This document shows, one piece after another, positions 24,364 to 34,995 of a DNA stretch of 64,000 nt (position 1 is the first letter of the stretch; each line of letters opens with the position of its first letter). The position numbers were made by a program, and so were the translations under genes. Origin of the DNA: Octopus vulgaris (lineage: Eukaryota); NCBI GenBank assembly GCA_951406725.2, contig OX597814.1:56916001-56980000 (forward strand), in the 5' to 3' direction. The notes under the pieces were generated by a model that was given only the letters and a program-made list of their open reading frames with translations, had not been told where the DNA came from and did no database searches.

Positions 24364-27300
24364 CTTTATTATTACCCACAAGGGGCGAACATAGAGGGGA
24401 CAAAACAATCTGATTTGGGGTCAGACATACGAATGGTTTTTACACAAAAACGGTTTTAAAAATATCATGAAATTACAAAAATACACACAAAATCGGATGA
24501 TGGAATAGACCGGAAGACATTACAGATGGAGTGGGTGCGGGTTCAGCTCGGACCCCACGAGCCCCGCCTCCCCACTGATACTTTTGGTTGCACTTGGTAT
24601 TACATTTATGTTGTGACTTTCATTCGCAACTTTCGTGCTACATCCTTCCATCGTTCTTCATACACTCTCCTAGTCAGGCGTATTCTCTCCAGCCCTATCT
24701 TCCTTTTCAGGTGAAAGATGAAGTAATTCATCAAACCAGGGCCGGAGATGAACTTGCCTGACTGTAAACCTTTCATTCTCGTCTTCCATATCACTTCTTT
24801 CGCAATTGCTACTACAACGAGAAAACGAAACTTACCTTCATTCACGAGGAAATCCGGTGGGTCAATTTTTGTAATCGACTCAGTCGACAGCTGTACTCTT
24901 CGTGTACCTGACAACAGCTGTTCGGCATAAACCCACACCTCAGACACGTCCGGACAATGAACAATAGCGTGCGGGACGGTTTCCCTATCCCGCCCGCATC
25001 TTGGACATATCGGACTGTCTTGGCCACCGTGCCTTGCGAGTTTATCCCGAACAGGTAGAGCTCCTCTGTAGCATTGCCATGCCAAAGACTTCTGGAAGTT
25101 GTCCAGTGTCCTCGGCTCGAACGTACGTCGGAACAGACTGGCCAGCTGATTATCGTCGAGACCCAGGGTTTCCCCCAAGGTATCTTCACATTCCGCCTCT
25201 ACCAACCCTCTATAGAAGAGTGTGGTGGAACCCCCACCGCAGGCGTTGCCCGAGCGACGGAATAGCAGGAGAGCCTTGCGACACTCCGTGTACCAAGTAC
25301 CAAGTTTCGATCTACGATTCAGCCAGGTTTCCCATCCACCGAAACTAGTGAACTTGGGAAACATCAGTTTTGCTAGCGAAGACCACACCCGTTCACCATC
25401 CAGGTAGAGCCACAGATGTCTTAACCTCAGCGCATGTCTGCGCATCATCAGCCAAGGCATCCCTAGCCCACCCTTTAACGGTTGTTGACAGCAAGTAGAG
25501 CGTTTCACAAGTGGTTTCCCGCCCTTCCACAAGAAGTAGAAGAGCTGTCTTTCCAACTTGATCAACCACGAATCAGGGCAAGGAACGACGGAAAGGCGGT
25601 AGGTGATAACCGATGCGATGAACACATTGGCCACCTCCGCCCTCCCTTTCAGGGATAGCCACCGCCAAGACCAGGTCTTGGCTACTGCAGCCACCTTGCT
25701 CGTTACCTCGCCCCAATTCTTCTCTATTTGGAGGTCTGGACCGAACCAGACCCCTAGCAGTTTAATCGGACCCTCCGTCCAACGTCCCACGACGCTGTCA
25801 GGAGGCATCGACTTGCCTCTCCAGGTGCCGAGTTGCAAGCCGACTGACTTTTCGCGATTAACTTTTGCTCCTGTCACCGTCTCGTAAACCTCTATGGCCT
25901 TGCCTACTTTACATAGGTGGTCCATTTCGGTTACGATGATGGTGATGTCATCCGCGTACGCTGACACTGATTTTCCGTTACCTGGCTGTCTCGGGATGCC
26001 GCTCAGTTTTCGCAGTAATGGCTCAAGAGCCACCACGTACAAAAGCGGGGAGAGCGGACACCCTTGACGAACCGAGCGTTTGATTTTGAACGGCTTCGAC
26101 AAGAAGCCGTTCACCCGAACTACCGAGTCGATGTTATCGTAAATTTGGATAATCCACCTGAGGAAGCCAAGGCCCAGCCCGAACTGTGCCAGGGCAGATA
26201 CCAGGTAACGATGGTCGACCCTATCAAAAGCTTTAGATTGGTCTAAATGGACCAGAGCCCCACCCTTGCCAGAATCACTATTAAACCCCTCTATAGTGTA
26301 CCGCATTAGATGGAGATTATCCTGAATGGATCTGCCCGGAACGGCACATGTCTGTGCCCCTCCGATCAGACCATCCGCGACACGCGCCAATCTTTTCGAT
26401 AACACTTTGGCCAAAATCTTCAACTCTGTGTTTAGCAGAGTGATGGGCCTGAAATTATCAATGCACTCCCCCTTGCTCGGGTCCTTTCTGACGAGAGTCA
26501 CTACTCCCCGGCGCACAGATCTGGGTATAAGCCCGTTCTGCTGCCAGTTCGCGTAGACCTCCGCCAGTAGGTGCCCGAACAAGTCTGGCATACTCTTATA
26601 TAACTCATAGGGTAGACCATCCAAACCCGGCGCCTTGCCCGCGCCGCAGTCCGCCATTGCCTCAACCACCTCCCCAGGCGTGATTGGCCCTTCACAGCCC
26701 TCCGCATCTCGCCCCGATAAGCGCGGCAGACCGCCGAGTAGGTCCGTAAAGGCCCTCCTCCTATCCAGCCCGCCGCACTCACCGAAAAGCTGAGCGAAGT
26801 GCTCCTGAAAGGCCTCACACATCTCCTCGGGCTCGTTTATCAACTCACCTTGTTGGTTCGTCAAAGATCGAATCGTGGCATCGTTACCATGCTGAGCTTC
26901 CACCACTCGGGCCCATCTCACGGCGTTGATTCCTTCACATCCCATATGACGGATTCTAGCCCTGACAATGCAGCCCGTGTGTTTGGCCTCGAGGTGCTGG
27001 TTTAACACCAGTCTCTTGGCCGCCACCTGAGCCGCAGAGCCAGTTTTCATGGCTTCCTCTAATTCCTTAACTAGAGTAGTTTCCCTTCTAGCCTCTCTAG
27101 CCACTACTCCTATGCTATATCTAATAGACTCAAACTTGATGGCTCGTTTGAGGGCGTACCACCATTTGTTATTAATGATGGTACCAGATAGTGCCCTCTG
27201 AATTATATTCCTAATCCGGTCTTTGTACTCCTTAATCGCCAAAAGGGACGTATTAAGTTTCCAGTAACCGGATCCTCTATTTTTAACCTTATCTATGTCA

Positions 27301-27437
27301 AGCTTACAAGTGACCATTTTATGATCACTGTAGCTGATCGGGTAAAACTGTGGACACTTAGCTATTTTACTGTCTACTTTTCTAATTAGTATTCTATCTA
27401 AATATGACCTGGAAGATCCGTCGCTGTTTGACCAGTC
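24364..27437 (-). mobile_element. 5'-truncated L1/Tx1-clade LINE including 3' UTR
   Basis: GC-richer block with an uninterrupted ORF2; 3' UTR ends GCCCCTTGTGGGTAATAATAAAG. Confidence 0.9.
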
Positions 27438-27446
27438 TGATAGCAA
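24606..27446 (-). CDS. LINE ORF2 (end of AP endonuclease, reverse transcriptase, CCHC zinc knuckle); N-terminally truncated, annotated start is not the native one
   Basis: YLDRIL...SDH, WKLN, KAPGLDG, NFRPITLLN, DQSKAFDRV, RQGCPLSP, YADD, CPRCG...H...C. 946 aa without a stop. Confidence 0.92.
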   Translation of the reverse strand: MLSDWSNSDGSSRSYLDRILIRKVDSKIAKCPQFYPISYSDHKMVTCKLDIDKVKNRGSGYWKLNTSLLAIKEYKDRIRNIIQRALSGTIINNKWWYALKRAIKFESIRYSIGVVAREARRETTLVKELEEAMKTGSAAQVAAKRLVLNQHLEAKHTGCIVRARIRHMGCEGINAVRWARVVEAQHGNDATIRSLTNQQGELINEPEEMCEAFQEHFAQLFGECGGLDRRRAFTDLLGGLPRLSGRDAEGCEGPITPGEVVEAMADCGAGKAPGLDGLPYELYKSMPDLFGHLLAEVYANWQQNGLIPRSVRRGVVTLVRKDPSKGECIDNFRPITLLNTELKILAKVLSKRLARVADGLIGGAQTCAVPGRSIQDNLHLMRYTIEGFNSDSGKGGALVHLDQSKAFDRVDHRYLVSALAQFGLGLGFLRWIIQIYDNIDSVVRVNGFLSKPFKIKRSVRQGCPLSPLLYVVALEPLLRKLSGIPRQPGNGKSVSAYADDITIIVTEMDHLCKVGKAIEVYETVTGAKVNREKSVGLQLGTWRGKSMPPDSVVGRWTEGPIKLLGVWFGPDLQIEKNWGEVTSKVAAVAKTWSWRWLSLKGRAEVANVFIASVITYRLSVVPCPDSWLIKLERQLFYFLWKGGKPLVKRSTCCQQPLKGGLGMPWLMMRRHALRLRHLWLYLDGERVWSSLAKLMFPKFTSFGGWETWLNRRSKLGTWYTECRKALLLFRRSGNACGGGSTTLFYRGLVEAECEDTLGETLGLDDNQLASLFRRTFEPRTLDNFQKSLAWQCYRGALPVRDKLARHGGQDSPICPRCGRDRETVPHAIVHCPDVSEVWVYAEQLLSGTRRVQLSTESITKIDPPDFLVNEGKFRFLVVVAIAKEVIWKTRMKGLQSGKFISGPGLMNYFIFHLKRKIGLERIRLTRRVYEERWKDVARKLRMKVTT

Positions 27447-28783
27447 GGGAGTGCATTGATAATTTCAGGCCCATCACTCTGCTAAACACAGAGTTGAAGA
27501 TTTTGGCCAAAGTGTTATCGAAAAGATTGGCGCGTGTCGCGGATGGTCTGATCGGAGGGGCACAGACATGTGCCGTTCCGGGCAGATCCATTCAGGATAA
27601 TCTCCATCTAATGCGGTACACTATAGAGGGGTTTAATAGTGATTCTGGCAAGGGTGGGGCTCTGGTCCATTTAGACCAATCTAAAGCTTTTGATAGGGTC
27701 GACCATCGTTACCTGGTATCTGCCCTGGCACAGTTCGGGCTGGGCCTTGGCTTCCTCAGGTGGATTATCCAAATTTACGATAACATCGACTCGGTAGTTC
27801 GGGTGAACGGCTTCTTGTCGAAGCCGTTCAAAATCAAACGCTCGGTTCGTCAAGGGTGTCCGCTCTCCCCGCTTTTGTACGTGGTGGCTCTTGAGCCATT
27901 ACTGCGAAAACTGAGCGGCATCCCGAGACAGCCAGGTAACGGAAAATCAGTGTCAGCGTACGCGGATGACATCACCATCATCGTAACCGAAATGGACCAC
28001 CTATGTAAAGTAGGCAAGGCCATAGAGGTTTACGAGACGGTGACAGGAGCAAAAGTTAATCGCGAAAAGTCAGTCGGCTTGCAACTCGGCACCTGGAGAG
28101 GCAAGTCGATGCCTCCTGACAGCGTCGTGGGACGTTGGACGGAGGGTCCGATTAAACTGCTAGGGGTCTGGTTCGGTCCAGACCTCCAAATAGAGAAGAA
28201 TTGGGGCGAGGTAACGAGCAAGGTGGCTGCAGTAGCCAAGACCTGGTCTTGGCGGTGGCTATCCCTGAAAGGGAGGGCGGAGGTGGCCAATGTGTTCATC
28301 GCATCGGTTATCACCTACCGCCTTTCCGTCGTTCCTTGCCCTGATTCGTGGTTGATCAAGTTGGAAAGACAGCTCTTCTACTTCTTGTGGAAGGGCGGGA
28401 AACCACTTGTGAAACGCTCTACTTGCTGTCAACAACCGTTAAAGGGTGGGCTAGGGATGCCTTGGCTGATGATGCGCAGACATGCGCTGAGGTTAAGACA
28501 TCTGTGGCTCTACCTGGATGGTGAACGGGTGTGGTCTTCGCTAGCAAAACTGATGTTTCCCAAGTTCACTAGTTTCGGTGGATGGGAAACCTGGCTGAAT
28601 CGTAGATCGAAACTTGGTACTTGGTATACGGAGTGTCGCAAGGCTCTCCTGCTGTTCCGTCGCTCGGGCAACGCCTGCGGTGGGGGTTCCACCACACTCT
28701 TCTATAGAGGGTTGGTAGAGGCGGAATGTGAAGATACCTTGGGGGAAACCCTGGGTCTCGACGATAATCAGCTGGCCAGTCTG
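27442..28783 (+). repeat. Inverted duplication of LINE segment 25134-26477 (RT core)
   Basis: Protein identical from ECIDNFRP to NQLASL; two silent substitutions seen (28627 and about 28654) and a 2-G deletion at the start. Confidence 0.95.
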
Positions 28784-28878
28784 ATAGCAAGGACCCGTAG
28801 CAAGGACCCGTAGGCTGCAGGCAGCAAGCCTGCTATGCATGCAAGACTCCAGGAGTTCCAACAAAACCTGACTTTAAA

Positions 28879-29083
<205 letters not shown>

Positions 29084-29084
29084 G

Positions 29085-31527
29085 AAAACACAACAACACA
29101 TACATATAAAATATGAAAGGAAAATAACATAAATATAGACTTGGATACAGCAATGAACCCTAATAAACTAGCCAACGTACGAAGATACATTCTCAACGCA
29201 AAAAAAATATCAGAAATAGAAATAGAACATCTAAAAGAAAAAATACATCAGGAAAATGTAGATAGAAGCCACACAACAATGCCCAATAATATAAATACTG
29301 AAACAGTAAAACACGAAGACAAACGTAACATTCCCAACAAACACGATGTAAACAAAAAACAACAAACCCAGATCGTAAGGATGCATAATAATACACGACA
29401 AACAGCAAGCCAAAACACGGCAAACAAACATATAAATAAGAAAGAAAGCGACACAAATCTAAAACCTGGAAACAACGAAGAGGAGCCTAATGATTATGAT
29501 AATATAAAAAGTTAAATAATCAAAGAACTGAAAACCACAGAGCCCAAAATGGACCACCGACCATACCTCCCAAAAATCAAAATAGACGAAACAACAACAC
29601 CAATTATAAACAGCATAAACCTAGCCGTTACGGAACTAATAGCCACTGAAACAAAAAGCGATATCACTGAGCTAAATGACTTAGTATACGCAGCAGCCAC
29701 TGCAGCCACAAAACCATCCGAACAGGAGTACCACCACCCAAACAAACCCTGTGGATAAATAACATCCAAAACAAAATACAAAAAATGAGAAAAGATCTGT
29801 CGATTCTTAATGAAATCAGTAGACAATCAACGCTACTGAGCAACAAAAAGAAAACAAAAATACTCTGCAAATATAACATCACAGAAAAAGATTTACCTGA
29901 GATAAAAGAAAAGCTGAAGCAAGATATCCTTGCCAAAGCACAAAGGATCCGCCGGTACGAGAAACGCCAGCGCTTCTTTGAACAAAACAAAAAGTTCAAC
30001 TCCAACCCCAAAAAGTTCTACCAAGAACTTGGCAAAAATAAAATAGAAATCACTGCAGCACCAACGGCAAAAGAAGTGGAAGAATTCTGGAGAGAAATAT
30101 GGTCAGCGAACGAACAACCAAAAAAAAAAAGAGTATTAAAACAACAAACTCAGCATCTGAGCAACTTTGGACCCCCATAACAACTGAAGAGGTCACCCAG
30201 GCACTGCAAAGACTAAGCAACTGGAAGGCACCTGGGCATGACAAGATCCCCAACTTCTGGTTGAAATATCTAACAGGAATGCACAAAAAGCTGGCTGAAA
30301 ACTTTAACATTCCCAACAAACACGATGTAAACAAAAAACAACAAACCCAGATCGTAAGGATGCATAATAATACACGACAAACAGCAAGCCAAAACACGGC
30401 AAACAAACATATAAATAAGAAAGAAAGCGACACAAATCTAAAACCAACTGAAAACCACAGAGCTCAAAATGGCAGAGCCAGAGACAATGCCTGAATGGCT
30501 CACGAAGGGGAAAACCATCTTAATTCCCAAATCAAATGAGACAGCAAAACCAGAAAACTACAGACCAATAACCTGTCTCCCTACAATGTACAAGGCATTC
30601 ACTGCAGTGATATCGCAAAGGTTGAACAAGCACCTGGACGAAAATAACCTGTTTCCAGAAGAGCAGAAAGGGTGCCGCAAAGGCTCATATGGCTGTAAAG
30701 ATCAACTAATGATTAATAAAGCCATAACTGAAGACAGCCACAGAAAGAAGAAAAGCCTCAGTATGGCCTGGCTCGACTACAAAAAGGCGTTTGATAGCAT
30801 CCCCCACACATGGATCCTCGAAACACTAGCCATTAACAAAGTAGCACCAATAATCATAAAATTTATATGGCACTCTATGAATAAATGGCAAACAGTACTA
30901 CAGCTCCAAACAAAGAGGGACTCATGAAAACCAAAGCCATCCCCATTAGAAGAGGAATATTCCAGGGAGATACGCTCTCTCCACTCCTTTTCTGCTTGAC
31001 ACTGTCACCTCTATCTGATATGCTAAATAGAACTGGATGCGGATATAAATGTTACGGCAAAACGATCAGCCACCTTTTATATATGGATGACCTAAAACTA
31101 TACGCTGCAAATGACAAACAGCTGGAAACACTATTAAAGACAGTTCATGGATTTACCAAAGAAATAGATATGAAATTTGGATTAGAAAAATGCTCCAAAG
31201 TAACCATGAAAAGAGGAAAACTAGTTAAGAGTAGCAACATCACACTAGATAAAAACCAATGAAATAAAAGAATTAGACCAAAGCCAAACTTACAAATACT
31301 TAGGAATCCATGAACTAGATAAGACACAACACACACAAATGAAAGAGAAAATAAAAAAAGAATATTATAGACGAGTTAGATCAATACTAAAAACAGAGCT
31401 CAATGCTAAAAACAAGATAATAGGTATTAACACTTTAGCTGTCCCAGTTATAAGTTACAGCTACAATATCCTTAACTGGACACTAAATGAACTGACCAAA
31501 ATAGATAGGAAAATAAGAAAAATAATG
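29085..31527 (+). pseudogene. R4/Dong-clade LINE, frameshifted and 3'-truncated
   Basis: KAPGHDKIPNFWLK, NYRPITCLPT, EEQKGC, DYKKAFDS, GIFQGDTLSP, YMDDLK; highly similar to 62.4-64 kb. Confidence 0.9.
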
Positions 31528-31792
31528 AAGGTGAATTATCCTAACTCCAAATAATTCCTTTCAATACATGGCTATGATGTTCCCCCACTACTTCTGCTCG
31601 GGAACTGAGATGCACATATCGTCAGCCACTAAGGGACATGCTCAACCGGTTAAGGTCAAGCAACTGACAAGCAATTCTGTGGTATCGAGCAGAATATTTG
31701 CTGCAGCCCATCTTTTATACAAAACAGTGTACATGATAAATCAAGTTAAGATCAGAAGCCATGAGAACCACTGCCTGGTACTGCATCAGGGC

Positions 31793-31849
<57 letters not shown>

Positions 31850-32999
31850 GTTTGTATTTTAAAGCTTACAGATATCTCTCTAGAGATCTTCGACAAAACC
31901 TGACGACTGACAAATTTTACTGGTAGAGGATGTTTCTGTTTTGGACAGTTTTGCCGATAGGGGAATTGGAAACATTTAGAATTCTATCCCATCACCTAGG
32001 GCAGACAAAATGTTTCTCTTCTAGAATTTTTAAAATTTCCTCTGAGATATTAACAAGAAATTAAGTAAAATATGAAATAATTTTCGAATACACGAATACG
32101 AAACTGATGAAAAGAATTACAAAATTAAATAAAAATTAAAATGAATGAAAATGACTCACTCGCAAACACAGAGCCACAATTTGACACCCGGAAACACAAA
32201 TTCGTACGACAAAAACGGAAGTACAAGCAACAACTGCAACTATAACTACACTGCAAAGTTATTCTGTATTAACATGTTCTAACAGCAATCTTATTGTTAG
32301 CATCATAAACAAGAGAGAGGTTTGAGACATGGGTGCAATCCAGTTAAAGAAAGAGGCGTGGTAGCGATGTCACACAGGAGTGTCACTCATTGTCTGATGT
32401 ATTTACCAGAGAGCGAGTAAGTATTAAAGTGGTATACCTCATCTTGACAAAGGTCAAAGGAATCTTTGTTATAACTTCAAAGGAGCAGTTAAAAGAATCC
32501 CCGCACAATTAATATCATGGCGTATGTATCTGGTATTCAAAACTAATGAGAGGTGAAAAATCAGGCTGAACTGATGCTCCATACACCTTGTCGATAAGCT
32601 GCAGCTGCAATATATATGGGACACAAGAGTCACAAGGGAGAGTGGCAATTACGTTGAGAATTGGCTCGTTGTTTACTTTACAGTACATTACGAACATCGA
32701 ATGACATCTAGTGGATTTACCTTCACCGACATGTGCTGATAAATCCTAAAGACCAAAGAACAGTTCCGAATGTGTTACTCCATTTTGGAGACAGAGGAAA
32801 TTGAGAAAATAAATCATTCATAGCATTGTTGCAAACTCGGCAAACAAAATCTCGCAGTAATCTAGATTTTATGTTCTTAAATGGATGATGCATTTGTAGA
32901 CAACATAGACTACCAAAATAACTGTATTATACAGTAGTAGGCGACTTAGGTAAATACGGTAGACTGCCAAACTAAACGATTGGATAATTCAAGGTGACT

Positions 33000-33525
33000 C
33001 ACAGTAGACGGACGAAATGCCGCTAAACGTTTTGGCAGGCGTGTTAACGATGCTGACAGCTCACCGCTTTAATGTTAATTGAAATGCTGGTTTCATATTT
33101 TGGCATTAATTTCGAGGGAGGGTACAAGTGGATTGCATCGTTCCCAGCACTCAACTGGTACTTATTTTATCGAATCCGAAAGGATGGAAAGCAAACTCGA
33201 TCTCGGCGGCGTTTGAACTCAGTACGTAAAGACGGAGGAAATGCTGCTAAGCATTTTCCTCGGCGTACTAACAATTTTGTCAGCTCGTCATCTTTAACAA
33301 ATTGTAATAATGGTTTCAAATTTTAACACAGGACAACAATTCCAGGGGATAGGTAAATCAATTATACCGACGCCAGTGTTCAACTGGTACTTGTTTTATC
33401 AACCCCGAAAGAATGAACGGCAAAGTTGGCCTCTGCAAAATTTGAACTCACAGCGTAAAGACGAACGAAACACTGCTAAATATTTTTCCTGACGTGCTAA
33501 CATTTCTACCAGCTTGCTGCCTTAC
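33000..33525 (-). mobile_element. Three stacked SINE family A fragments
   Basis: Repeated AACTGGTACTT...TTTGAACTCA...GACGGACGAAATGC...CGTGCTAAC blocks. Confidence 0.75.
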
Positions 33526-33954
33526 CCTAATATTACGTACTAACCATAGTAATTGTGTGTGAGAGCGCGAAAAAATTAAGAGCCGTTTTTTTTCATCTAA
33601 AGACAAGTAGTTCTTGATATCCATACCATCTTTGTCTTGGAAAACAGATTGCGAAAATATAATAAGCTTGAGACGACGGAATGACCTAAAAGATATTACA
33701 GTTCTATATTTAAGAGATGAGGAATTATTTACATTTGACGGATGTTTGTCCTCATCTTGTTTGTCGTTAACACAACGTTTCGGCTGATACACCCTACAGT
33801 CTTGGGGTAATTTCGAAATTGGGTTTTCATTCCTAAGGTATTTTTTTGATATTATTATTATTCAGGCCACTGCTTGGAATTGAACTCGGAATCAGTAGCC
33901 CGCGCTCTTAACCACTACACCATATGCTCGTGGACAATTATGGAGTGAATTTTA

Positions 33955-34478
33955 GGGTTTATAAATCTCATATTTTCTATCCTTCCTTAATACCAGTTCC
34001 CATATGCTACTCATATCTGCACTCGGTCTGCTTAGGAGGTTGTAGTGTCCTAAGATATGTGCTGCTTCTTTTAGTTTATGTATTTTCCAGTGGTGTTCTA
34101 TGTCTATTATTTTAACTTCCTCTCACAGGGGGAGGTGGTCTCCATTTTTCCATACACGAACAGCTATACCTGATTTATCAATATCTCCTCGTGTCACAGC
34201 TTTGTGATGTTCGTCTACCCTTATTTTGAGGGGGCGGCATGTTCCGCTTTGTATAACCTCCCACAGCTGCATGGGATGGTGTACACGCAGTTTTTGATCA
34301 TATTCTCTTCTATTGGTGGTTTTACTCGAAGGAGATATTTGCGAAGTGTTGTAGTACTCTTGAATACTGTCCTGATGTCATATGGGCCGCATATTTTTTG
34401 TATCTTTTCGGAGAGGCCTTTCACGTAGGGTAGACAGACTGTGGACAGTTTATTGGCCTCATCCTCTCTCTTCTTCAT
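33955..34478 (-). pseudogene. Penelope GIY-YIG endonuclease domain
   Basis: LPYVKGLSEKI...NCVYTIPCSCGRLY, then frameshift to CRPLKIRVDEHHKAV...SGIA...KLKEA. Confidence 0.85.
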
Positions 34479-34555
34479 AATTTGAGTGAATAGTATACTT
34501 TTGGGGTAATTGTTGCTTAACAGTCAAGATTCCGTGTTCGATTCCAAGCAGTGAT

Positions 34556-34602
<47 letters not shown>

Positions 34603-34816
34603 TAATAATAATAATAATAATAAGAAGAAGAAGAACAACAACAACAACAATAATGTATACAATGGGCTTCTTTCAGTTTCCGTCTACCAAATCCACTCAC
34701 AAGGCTTTGGTCGGCCCGAGGCAGTGGTGGAGGAAACTTGCCCGGGGTGCCGCGCAGTGGGACCGGGCCCGGAACCATGTGGTTCGTAAGCAGGCTACTT
34801 ACCACACAGCCACTCC

Positions 34817-34881
<65 letters not shown>

Positions 34882-34937
34882 TTAACAACATCGAAAAATA
34901 CCTTAGGAATGAAAAACCATGTTCGAAATTTCCCCGA

Positions 34938-34995
34938 GACACCTGATGAAGGCTGAAGGGTATATCAGAGGGTATATCAGCCGAAACATTGTGTT
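34938..34995 (+). ncRNA. Hammerhead motif in the Penelope pseudo-LTR
   Basis: GACAC-CTGATGA-A-GGCTGA-loop(12-bp duplication)-TCAGCC-GAAAC-ATT-GTGTT. The sister copy (33767-33790, minus) keeps GAAACGTTGTGTT but has lost CTGATGA. Confidence 0.72.

Noticed and set aside
27404-28813. 469-aa ORF as an independent RT gene, or as a twin-priming 5' inversion
   Set aside because: It duplicates sequence already present in the adjacent copy and starts in antisense LINE sequence; the junctions fit microhomology template switching better.
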